This document shows positions 40,763 through 48,957 of a stretch of 64,000 bases of DNA, piece by piece. The DNA is taken from contig CAWBVY010000009.1 of the NCBI GenBank assembly GCA_963792415.1, positions 76,629-140,628 of the forward strand, in the 5' to 3' direction. Both the position numbers and the translations under genes were made by a program. Below the pieces are notes generated by a model that was given only the letters and a program-made list of their open reading frames with translations, was not told the origin of the DNA and did no database searches. Each line of letters opens with the position of its first letter. Positions within the stretch are counted from its first letter, which is position 1. Source of the DNA: Candidatus Deferrimicrobiaceae bacterium. GTDB taxonomy: Bacteria > Desulfobacterota > Deferrimicrobia > Deferrimicrobiales > Deferrimicrobiaceae.

Positions 40763-42967
40763 CTATCGCCTCGCCGCAACCGGTATGTCGCAAGACGCCT
40801 CATGCCCCAGGCGGGTGACGATCCCCAGGTAGCCGTCCACCGACACCGTGTCGCCGGTCCGGATCCGGTGAACGGCGTCGGGAACCCCGGTGACGCAGGG
40901 GATCCCGTACTCCCTTGCGATGATCGCACCGTGGATCAGCATCCCGCCCCGCCGCTCGACGACCGCGCTTGCCAGGGGAATCGCGAACGTCATGTTCGGA
41001 TCCACCGCGTCGCAGACCAGGACCTCTCCGGCCCGCAGGGAAAAGAGGTCGGCGGTCTTGTGAACGACCCGGGCGGGACCCCGGGCGTACCCCGGCCCCG
41101 CGGGGTGGCCCACGAGTTGCCTGTCCCGTTGGAGAAAGGACGGAGTCTCCATCACGGGAGGAATATCATCGCCGGGGGGAGCCGACGGTTCGTTGAGCGT
41201 CTCGATCGTATCCCCCGGCCCGTTTCGGACGACCCCATCCCAGGATCCGCCGGAAGCCCTTTGCCGCCGCTCCTCGACCGCACGTGCCAGAGCGGAGTGC
41301 AGCCGGCCAAGGCAGATGTTGTCGTCGTCCCGGAGCCGATAACAGTCCCGGGCCAGTTCGAGGAGATCCGCCGCGAAGTTCCGGGCCTCGCCGTCGAACC
41401 GGGAGAGAAACCGTTCGCGCCGCGCCGCGTCGTCCTCGGCGCTTCCCCTGGATGCCCCGGGCGGACGACGGGACATCTCAAGGAGGATGGAAAGGACCCC
41501 TCTCCGACCGGCCTCGCTCCCTGCGGAGCCGAAGAAGTCGCCATATTCCAGGAACAAGTGCCCGACCCGGGTCTCGAAATCCGTGTCGCCTCTCCCGTCG
41601 GTGCCGACGCGTTCCGCAAGATTCCGTTCGGTGCGCAGGCGCTCCGCAAGCTCGCCCAGCAGGGCATTCCGCTCGAGAGAGAGCATTCCGGTCCCGGAGA
41701 GGAGCAGGGTGAATTCGAAGGGATCCTCGGGAGCGACCGCGTCGTTGTAGAACTGGCCGAAGAGCCGAATGCCGTGCGCCAGGGGGATGAACTCGCTCTT
41801 GTAGATCCCCTCCCATTTCTTCACCACCCCCTCGCGGCGCCGGATCTCCTCCGCCAGCTCCCCGTCGGCGAGGGCCGGAAGGTCGACTGAGGCCAGCTCC
41901 TCGGCCTCGCGACCCATCGCGGGAAGGAGTTCCGCCTCGACCCGGGCCCGGAGGTTTTTCAGGTTGCCGAAGCTGCGCTTGAGGCTCAGGTACCAGGACC
42001 TGTTGTCGCTGCCGTCCGGCGTCGCCCGGGTCGTGACGGGGCGGGACTGGAGGACGTGAAGCACACCGCATGCGATGCACCACTCCACATCCTGGGGGGA
42101 GCCGAAGAACTCCTCCGCCGCAAGGGCCAGGCGGAACACGTCGCACGCTTCGTCATCCGAGATGGGAGGCCGGCCCGACAGATTCGGTGGAAGGTCCGAC
42201 AGAGCGGTCCCGGCAGGTCCGGGTACGACCCGTTTTTCCCGGACCGGGGCATGATGGTCGACCACCCTCCCCGTGCTCCGGTGGAGTGTCCACCGGTCCG
42301 GCTCCACCGTGCCGTCCACCAGACCTTCGTTCAGCCCCCAGACCGACTCCACGACGGCCGCGGCCGGGTCGAACGGACTCATCCCGAACACGACCCCCGA
42401 CCGCTCCGCGGGGACCATCTCCTGGACGAGGACCGCCATTTCGCTTCCGGCCGGCGTCAGCCCCAGCTCTTTCCGATACAGCAGCGCCCGGTCCGACCAG
42501 AGGGAAGCGAAGACCCGTCGCACGCTGTCCAGCACGGCGTCCGGACCCTTGACGTTCAGAAACGATTCGTGCAATCCCGCAAACGAGGCCTTCACCCCGT
42601 CCTCCCCCGGGGCCGAGGAACGCACCGCCACCGGACGGTCTCCGAACACCGACCGGATCCCCTCCCGCAGCGCTGCTCCCTGTTCGATCGGCCACGCGGT
42701 CCGGTCAAACAGCGTGCGGATCCGAAGCGCCGCGTCCCAGATCTCCTCCCACCGCATGTCCTCGAACCGCTTGCGCCCAAGTTCCCGTGCGATCGCCCCG
42801 CGCAAGCCGCCCGAATCGACGAATCGGGAGTACGCTTCGGTCGTCACGCAAAGGGCCTGCGGTATGTTGAATCCGGCCATTCCGAGACGCGCCAGCGCCA
42901 GGGCCTTGCCGCCGACAAGGGTGCGTTCCTCCACCACCGTCCGGTCGATGGGAAGAAGATCCCTCAT
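40763..42967 (-). CDS. PEP-utilizing dikinase with rifampin-phosphotransferase-like architecture
   Basis: N-terminal VGGKA, AVRSS, SFAG, DVEW, LQSRPVT; C-terminal HGAIIAREYGIP swivel domain. Confidence 0.88.
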   Translation of the reverse strand: MRDLLPIDRTVVEERTLVGGKALALARLGMAGFNIPQALCVTTEAYSRFVDSGGLRGAIARELGRKRFEDMRWEEIWDAALRIRTLFDRTAWPIEQGAALREGIRSVFGDRPVAVRSSAPGEDGVKASFAGLHESFLNVKGPDAVLDSVRRVFASLWSDRALLYRKELGLTPAGSEMAVLVQEMVPAERSGVVFGMSPFDPAAAVVESVWGLNEGLVDGTVEPDRWTLHRSTGRVVDHHAPVREKRVVPGPAGTALSDLPPNLSGRPPISDDEACDVFRLALAAEEFFGSPQDVEWCIACGVLHVLQSRPVTTRATPDGSDNRSWYLSLKRSFGNLKNLRARVEAELLPAMGREAEELASVDLPALADGELAEEIRRREGVVKKWEGIYKSEFIPLAHGIRLFGQFYNDAVAPEDPFEFTLLLSGTGMLSLERNALLGELAERLRTERNLAERVGTDGRGDTDFETRVGHLFLEYGDFFGSAGSEAGRRGVLSILLEMSRRPPGASRGSAEDDAARRERFLSRFDGEARNFAADLLELARDCYRLRDDDNICLGRLHSALARAVEERRQRASGGSWDGVVRNGPGDTIETLNEPSAPPGDDIPPVMETPSFLQRDRQLVGHPAGPGYARGPARVVHKTADLFSLRAGEVLVCDAVDPNMTFAIPLASAVVERRGGMLIHGAIIAREYGIPCVTGVPDAVHRIRTGDTVSVDGYLGIVTRLGHEASCDIPVAARR

Positions 42968-43416
42968 CGGCGGACGTGGAGTTCCGAAACGGACTGGAAA
43001 CGGGTGACGACGTAGTAGGCTTCCACTTCGACACGGAAGATGGCGCAGTTCGGCGATCGGGCGAATGACGAAAGATAAGGATGTTTCCCGAGGAACAAGG
43101 TGAGACAGGCCTCCCTCTCCTCCCCTGTTGCCTCACGGGCATTCCCCAGGATGGTTGCCGCGGCGGCCTCGGCGAAGTCCTCCTCGCGGTTTCCCCGGTT
43201 GTCCACGAGGAGGGATACTCGCGCGTTTTCGGAAAGGTTCGAGAATTTCCGGGTGGGGCGGGGGGTGGCGAAAACCAGGGCCTTCAGATCCGGTGCCGCG
43301 GCGAATGCGATCAGGCTCGAGTAGGGATTCCCCTGGGCCTCCGTCGCGAGGACCGCCAGTCGTTGCGAGGACAGAAGTTCCTTGACGATCCGCTCCAACG
43401 CATGTGCGTCCTCCAT
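42964..43416 (-). CDS. Pyridoxamine 5'-phosphate oxidase-like split-barrel protein
   Basis: LAVLAT..PYSS..TRKFSNL..VSLLVD. Confidence 0.85.
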   Translation of the reverse strand: MEDAHALERIVKELLSSQRLAVLATEAQGNPYSSLIAFAAAPDLKALVFATPRPTRKFSNLSENARVSLLVDNRGNREEDFAEAAAATILGNAREATGEEREACLTLFLGKHPYLSSFARSPNCAIFRVEVEAYYVVTRFQSVSELHVRR

Positions 43417-43453
43417 CCCGCCCCCCTTGTCGTTTCCGTCGTGCGTCCCCGGA

Positions 43454-43948
43454 CTAAGGACGTTTCTTCTCCATTTCGTCGAGTTTCTTCAGCAACTCCT
43501 TGTTCTTCGGGACTCCGCGCACGGCGTATCGGACGATCCCCGTCCTGTCGATGATGAAAGTGATGCGATCCTGTCCCCCGTAAAGGTTCATGACCCTGCC
43601 CTCCGGATCCGCGATCAACGGATACCTGATCCCGTATTTTTTCGCGAACTCCTTGTGGGTACCGATGGTGTCGCTGCTGACGCCCAGGACCTGGGCGTTG
43701 CGCCTTTCGAATTTGGCGAGGTCCGCCTGAAAGGCCTGCATTTCCCCCGTTCAAACGGGGGAAAAGTCCGCGTAGTAGATCGCCAGGACGACATTCCTCT
43801 GCCCGAGGAAATCCGACAGACGCACGGTTCCCGTCGTGGATTCGGCCTCGAACGACGGGGCGTTCGCTCCAGCTTCCGGGGCCGCTGCCCAAAGGGGTTG
43901 GGCGAACAGGACGGCGAAAAACAGCGCCAGGATCGTCTTAGGGTTCAT
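43454..43948 (-). CDS. Exported selenocysteine peroxiredoxin (AhpC/BCP-like), UGA at 43751-43753 read as Sec
   Basis: ORFs 43751-43948 and 43454-43741 are in frame: YADFSPV-U-TGEMQAF; U sits at the peroxidatic Cys position; downstream stem-loop. Confidence 0.85.
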
Positions 43949-44075
43949 CCTTCATCCTCCTTTCCGCTCGCATGGTTATAAGAGATGCCCAGGTCGGCAA
44001 AGGTTCCGGCCCCCGGCGCTGGCCGGAATCCCGGAACTACGATGTGGGGGTCCCCCCACGGCTGGTGAAACCGGG

Positions 44076-44546
44076 TTACCGTCGGAACGCTTCGTACGCG
44101 ACGACCAGGACCGTACCTTCCAGAAGGACCAGAAGGTTGACGCCCATCGAGATCCCGTGGAGTCGGGAAAATTCCTTGCGGGCGGGACCCCCGGGGGGGG
44201 CGGTCTCGAAGGAAGGCGCCGATCGCTTCACCTGCTCCATTCGCGGCACGAGCCCGAACGCCTGGTAGCCGGTCAAAAGAATCGCCGTCGCGATCAGGAG
44301 GGTCCCGACCCATTGACGCGCGCCGTGGAACGCCTCCCCGGCGGCGATGCGGGCCAGCAGGGCGAGGGCGGCGAGCACGAGCCCGTAGCGGAAATATACG
44401 GGGAAGATCGACCCCACGACCTTTCCCGCGGCGTCCCTCCCCTGCGTGCGGAAGATCACCGGGGTCACGACGAACGTGAACAGCGCGATTCCCCCCACCC
44501 ATAGGGAGAGGGCAAGCCGGCACACGGCGGAAGCGAGGATCATCAC
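44076..44546 (-). CDS. DUF4149 membrane protein
   Basis: LWVGG..F..V.P.IF, AGKVVGSIFP, FSRLHGISM. Confidence 0.85.
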   Translation of the reverse strand: MMILASAVCRLALSLWVGGIALFTFVVTPVIFRTQGRDAAGKVVGSIFPVYFRYGLVLAALALLARIAAGEAFHGARQWVGTLLIATAILLTGYQAFGLVPRMEQVKRSAPSFETAPPGGPARKEFSRLHGISMGVNLLVLLEGTVLVVAYEAFRR

Positions 44547-44596
44547 CGCAAGGCCTCCTTATTCGTCAAGGTGCCTGTACGATGTATCCGGGAGGC

Positions 44597-44668
44597 GCCC
44601 CGGTTCACGCCGCATTTCCGGATACAATCCTCAATAGCGCCTTCGCGCGGAGAGGAGGATGCGATGTC
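44597..44668 (+). repeat. 72-bp direct repeat copy 2 (native thioesterase promoter, RBS and start)
   Basis: TACAAT, GAGGAGG and ATG 44664. Confidence 0.95.
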
Positions 44669-45137
44669 TGAGGATTCGAAGCCGGTATCGGCAACCCGCC
44701 TGGTGATGGCGCAGGAGATGACGCCCCAGGACGCGAACCCCGCGGGGAACGTCCACGGGGGGAATATCATGAAGATGGCCGACTCGGCCGCCGGGGTGGT
44801 GTCGATCCGCCACTCCGGGCGGAACTGCGTCACCGCCGTCGTCGACCGGTTCATGTTCCACGCTCCCGTCTTCGTCGGAAACCTCGTGCTCGTTTTCGCC
44901 TCGCTGAACTATGTCGGGCGCACCTCCATGGAGGTGGGGGTCCGCGTGGAAGCGGAAGATCCGCGCACGGGGAAGCGGATCCACACGAACTCGTCCTATT
45001 TCGTCATGGTCGCCCTGGACGATTCGGGGCGTCCGGCCGAGGTCCCGCAGCTCATCCTCGAGACGGACGAGGACCGCCGCCGGAACAAGGAGGCCCGGCA
45101 GCGGGCGAGCGACCGGCAGCTGCGAAAGAAAAAGTAG
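44664..45137 (+). CDS. Acyl-CoA thioesterase (hotdog fold, YciA-like)
   Basis: DANPAGNVHGG, GRTSMEVGV, YFVMVALD. Confidence 0.93.
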   Translation: MSEDSKPVSATRLVMAQEMTPQDANPAGNVHGGNIMKMADSAAGVVSIRHSGRNCVTAVVDRFMFHAPVFVGNLVLVFASLNYVGRTSMEVGVRVEAEDPRTGKRIHTNSSYFVMVALDDSGRPAEVPQLILETDEDRRRNKEARQRASDRQLRKKK

Positions 45138-45150
45138 TGCGGGCGGAAGG

Positions 45151-45408
45151 ATGACAACCGATCAAGGGAGGCGGCCCGGATCGCGGCTGCTGCTGGGGAT
45201 CGCGCTCTTCGCCGGGACCCTCGCGGCGATGTGGGGAGGGGCGCTTCTCGCGGATTTCGCGCTGGACCTTCTGGGCATCGCCTCGCCGCCGGTCCGGCTC
45301 GGGGTAAAGGTGATCGCCATGGCGGCCGCGCTGCCGGCCGGGTTCTACCTCGTCGAACGCGCGTTCCTCGCCCGGTCCTCCGCTACCCGGAAAACACCTG
45401 GGCCTTGA
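45151..45408 (+). CDS. Small two-TM hypothetical protein
   Basis: Two hydrophobic helices; GGAAGG RBS. Confidence 0.55.
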   Translation: MTTDQGRRPGSRLLLGIALFAGTLAAMWGGALLADFALDLLGIASPPVRLGVKVIAMAAALPAGFYLVERAFLARSSATRKTPGP

Positions 45409-46447
45409 CGCGGGTCATCACCATCTCGAACACCTCGCCCGCGTAGGCGTGGATGTTGCGGCGCATCTCGATCAGGTACCGCTCGATCTCGGGCCACTCC
45501 TTCCGGATCGCCGTTCTCTGCGCGGCATAGGCCGCCTCGTACTCCTGCCGCATCTTGTCGTGCAGCCGCACCCGCCTCGACGGGTCGTCCGGGTACGCCT
45601 TCTTCGGGAGGAACTCGTAGATCGGCTCGAAGATCCGGACGTCGGTCTCCTCCAGGTGGAACAGCTCGATGTTGTCGATCATCACCACGTCCTTCTTCGG
45701 GGTGGCAACGTAGTGCCCGTAGCGCAGCGCCGTTCCGATGCAGTCCCCCAGGGCGTCCTGCCGGGCCGCGCCCGCGACCCACCAAACGCCGTCGCGGTTG
45801 ATCCGGGCGAGGGTCACCGAATCGTCGTGGTATATGTTGATCCCCTCCTCCTTCGGCTTCAGGAGCACCTCCTCGCCCTGCGGTGTCACGTGGTAGACGG
45901 TCGGGAGGGCGGGCAGCCCCACCAGCTTCGGCAGGCCGCTGTAGATGTGCTCTCCCATGCACCCGAACCGGGAGAGGTAGATGTCGCGTTCCTTCCCTTC
46001 CGGCGTCCGCACCGTGAAGAGCGTGTCCTTGTGGACCTTCTCGATCAGCAGGACCTCGGTGACCTCGAAGTCGCGGTGCTGCTCCCCCGTCATCGCGTGG
46101 AGCAGCGTCAAGATCGCCTTTTTCAGCCCCGTCGCCTTGAACTTGGAGGTGAAGATCTTCACCCGCGCCTGGGCCGGCATCATCCGGATCGCGCCGCGCA
46201 CCCAGTTGACGTAGGAGTGGGAAATGCTGATCGGGAGCATGTCGGTGCTGGTCGGGTCGAGGAGTTCGTCGATCTTCGCTTCCCAGAGCGGGATGTGCAT
46301 GCCGAGGAACTCCTGCGGGTTCTCGACCCCGAGGGCCCTGAGGATCTTCTCCCTGTCCTCGGTCTTCCGCTCGGCGGCGGGCGTCTGGAAGTAGCGGTTC
46401 AGGGTCCGCTCGTACTTCTGCAGGGCGGAGTGGGAAGAAGACATCAT
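45383..46447 (-). CDS. Hypothetical protein, possible atypical kinase fold
   Basis: Typical codon usage, GGGAGGG RBS; DALGDCIG..LRYGHY..VMIDN pattern. Confidence 0.75.
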   Translation of the reverse strand: MMSSSHSALQKYERTLNRYFQTPAAERKTEDREKILRALGVENPQEFLGMHIPLWEAKIDELLDPTSTDMLPISISHSYVNWVRGAIRMMPAQARVKIFTSKFKATGLKKAILTLLHAMTGEQHRDFEVTEVLLIEKVHKDTLFTVRTPEGKERDIYLSRFGCMGEHIYSGLPKLVGLPALPTVYHVTPQGEEVLLKPKEEGINIYHDDSVTLARINRDGVWWVAGAARQDALGDCIGTALRYGHYVATPKKDVVMIDNIELFHLEETDVRIFEPIYEFLPKKAYPDDPSRRVRLHDKMRQEYEAAYAAQRTAIRKEWPEIERYLIEMRRNIHAYAGEVFEMVMTRVKAQVFSG

Positions 46448-46503
46448 TGCCCTCCCGGCCGTTGGAGTGGGAACCTCCTGATCTTATCACCGGCGGCGAC
46501 TTG

Positions 46504-46723
46504 TTAGCGTGATCCCTTTGCAAGTTCCTCGAGGGTAGCCGCCAGGGGGCCACCCCTCGACATCGATGAGGCATGAGCGGGGGTACCCCCGTTAGCGGCT
46601 CCCCTTTGTAAGTTCCTCAAGGGTGTCGTCAGGGGGGCACCCCTCGACATCGATGAGGCATGAGCGGGGGTAATCCCTTCAGCGGCTCCCCTTTGTGAGT
46701 TCCTCGAGGGTAGCCGCCAGGGG
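46504..46723 (-). repeat. Tandem array: three kef 3'-end copies separated by two copies of a ~44-bp palindromic element
   Basis: Period 87-88 bp; constant core cacccctcgacatcgatgaggcatgagcgggggta. Confidence 0.95.
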
Positions 46724-48691
46724 ACCATGCCCGCCGAAGAAGACGAGCTTGTCCCCCGCCTCGATCTTCTCCCCCGGGGACGGCTGCACGATCGCGCGGT
46801 CCCCCCGAAGGACGGCGAGGACGACGACCCCGTCGCCGTTCCCGGCCGGAAGATCCCCCAGGGTCCGTCCCGCCCACGGCGAGTCCGGGGAAACGAAGAA
46901 GACCTCGATCACCTTCTGCCGCAGGAACGCTTCGAACTCCGGCAGCATTCCGTCGTCCCTTGAAGGAACACGTTCCCGCAGGATCCTGTACGTCCCGCTG
47001 CGGATCAGTTCATCCTGCTGCGAGATGATGTGCTCGGGGACGTGGTACTCCCGCAGGACCCGGGAGAAGATCTCCACCGACGTCTCGAACTCCTCCGGGA
47101 TGACCGCGTTCGCCCCCAGGGCGATCAGGTCGTCCACGTCCGCCACGAACCGCGTCCGAACGAGGATGACCAGCCGCGGGTTGGCCCGCCGGGCCACCGC
47201 CACGGCGCGGCGGGTCGCCATCGGGTCGGAGATGGCCAGCACCAGCATGCGGGCCTGGCCCACCCCGACGCGGTCGAGGATTTCCGGGTTGTTCACGTCC
47301 CCGTAGAAGATCGGCTCCCCCGCCTCCCGGCCTTCCCGCACCAACGCGTCGTTCAGGTCGACCACGACGTAGGGAACGTGCGTCGAGCGCAGCACGCGGG
47401 CGAGGTTCTTCCCGTTCATCCCGTACCCGGAAACGATCACGTGGTTCTCGACCCGCACCACTTGAGGCGACTCCCCGCCGTCGGCCTCCTCCCCCGAATC
47501 CTCCGCCTTCACACCGCGAAAGAAGTGCCCGACGATGGATCTCGCCGCCTGCGGGGCCGCCCCCATGAGGAACGGCGTAGACACCATCGTGAGGATGGCG
47601 ACCGCGAGGAGGTACTGGTACACATTCGCTCCCACCAGTCCGTTCCGGGATCCCTCGGACATCAGGAGGAACGAGAATTCCCCGATCTGCCCCAGCCCGA
47701 TCCCGGCGATCAAAGAGACCCTCCAGGGGTACTCCATGGTCCGGATCGCGCCGGCGGCGCAGATCCCCTTCACCAGCACGACCCCGATGGAAAAAAGAAG
47801 GATCACCGGGAGGTGACGCATGAGAAACGTAAGGTCGAGCAGCATCCCGACGGAGATGAAGAACACCCCGTTGAAGACGTCCCGGAAGGGGAAGATCTGG
47901 GCGGCGATCTCGTGGACGTAGACCGACTCGGAGATCACCAGGCCGGCGAGAAACGCCCCCATCGCCAGGGAGAGCCCCCACCACTGGGCGATCCACGCCG
48001 TCCCGAGGATGAGGCACATCACCGTCATCGCCAGGATTTCCCGGCTGTTCAGCCGGATGACTTCCTTGAGGAGGAGCGGGACCAGGAAACGGGACACCAG
48101 AAGGATTACCGCGACGCCCACCCCCGCCTTGGCCAGCGTGAACGCCACGGTGGAGAATTGCGCCGTCTCCCACTGCCGGAACGAGGGGATGAGCAGGATC
48201 ATCGGGATCACGGCCATGTCCTGGAACAGCAGGATGCTGGTCGAGATCTTCCCGTGGCCGCTGTCGATCTCCATCCGGTCGGCGTACACCTTCAGGACGA
48301 TCGCCGTGCTCGAAAGGGACAGGACGAACCCGATGAAGATCGCCTCCGGGAGGGGAAACCTCGCGAGGGAAAGGACGGCCACGGTGAGCAGGATCGTCGC
48401 CGAGAGCTGGAGCCCACCCCCCTGCAGGATCTGCCGGCGCATCTTCCCCAGGTTCGCAAGGGAGATCTCCAGCCCGACGGTGAACAGCAGGAGGGCGACG
48501 CCGATCTCGGCGAGGGAATCGACCATCCCGGACTCGGCCACCAGCCCCGCCCCGGTCGGGCCGAGGATGGCGCCGGCGACCAGGAACGCCGCCACGACGG
48601 ACAGGTGGAGCCGCCCGAACAGGAGCGCAACCGCCGTGGCGATCGCCAGGACGATGGACAGGTCGCGAAGGACCAGAGGAAGGTCGGTCAA
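46679..48691 (-). CDS. Kef-type CPA2 cation:proton antiporter with TrkA-N/TrkA-C domains
   Basis: LSLSSTAIVLK, LFQD, QIGEFSF, GYGMNG, YGD. Confidence 0.93.
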   Translation of the reverse strand: MTDLPLVLRDLSIVLAIATAVALLFGRLHLSVVAAFLVAGAILGPTGAGLVAESGMVDSLAEIGVALLLFTVGLEISLANLGKMRRQILQGGGLQLSATILLTVAVLSLARFPLPEAIFIGFVLSLSSTAIVLKVYADRMEIDSGHGKISTSILLFQDMAVIPMILLIPSFRQWETAQFSTVAFTLAKAGVGVAVILLVSRFLVPLLLKEVIRLNSREILAMTVMCLILGTAWIAQWWGLSLAMGAFLAGLVISESVYVHEIAAQIFPFRDVFNGVFFISVGMLLDLTFLMRHLPVILLFSIGVVLVKGICAAGAIRTMEYPWRVSLIAGIGLGQIGEFSFLLMSEGSRNGLVGANVYQYLLAVAILTMVSTPFLMGAAPQAARSIVGHFFRGVKAEDSGEEADGGESPQVVRVENHVIVSGYGMNGKNLARVLRSTHVPYVVVDLNDALVREGREAGEPIFYGDVNNPEILDRVGVGQARMLVLAISDPMATRRAVAVARRANPRLVILVRTRFVADVDDLIALGANAVIPEEFETSVEIFSRVLREYHVPEHIISQQDELIRSGTYRILRERVPSRDDGMLPEFEAFLRQKVIEVFFVSPDSPWAGRTLGDLPAGNGDGVVVLAVLRGDRAIVQPSPGEKIEAGDKLVFFGGHGPLAATLEELTKGSR

Positions 48692-48901
48692 CGTTTCTCC
48701 CGGAGGCGGGGTGCCTGTATCAGTCTACCAGTCCGGGGGACCTCGAGTGAACCGGCCCCACCCGGGGAGGGGAAATATCCCCTGAAGTTCTCCTGAAGGA
48801 ATTCCGAAGAGAGAATGCAGAAGAACGGTACCACCTGCCTCCCTTCCCAGGGGGGGCAATTAGCCCGCACACCCCTCCAACGGTACGCGGGCGACACAAA
48901 C

Positions 48902-48937
48902 GGTCCCTCGGGGTTCCCGCCTGCGCCCCGAGGGACT
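48902..48937 (-). terminator. Hairpin after the CoA-transferase operon
   Basis: gtccctcgggg / ccccgagggac inverted repeat. Confidence 0.6.
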
Positions 48938-48957
48938 CGCTTTCCCCGTGCGTCCCG

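Noticed and set aside
46504-46723. CRISPR array
   Set aside because: Only two constant units, the spacers are homologous to each other and to the kef 3' end, and no cas genes are present.
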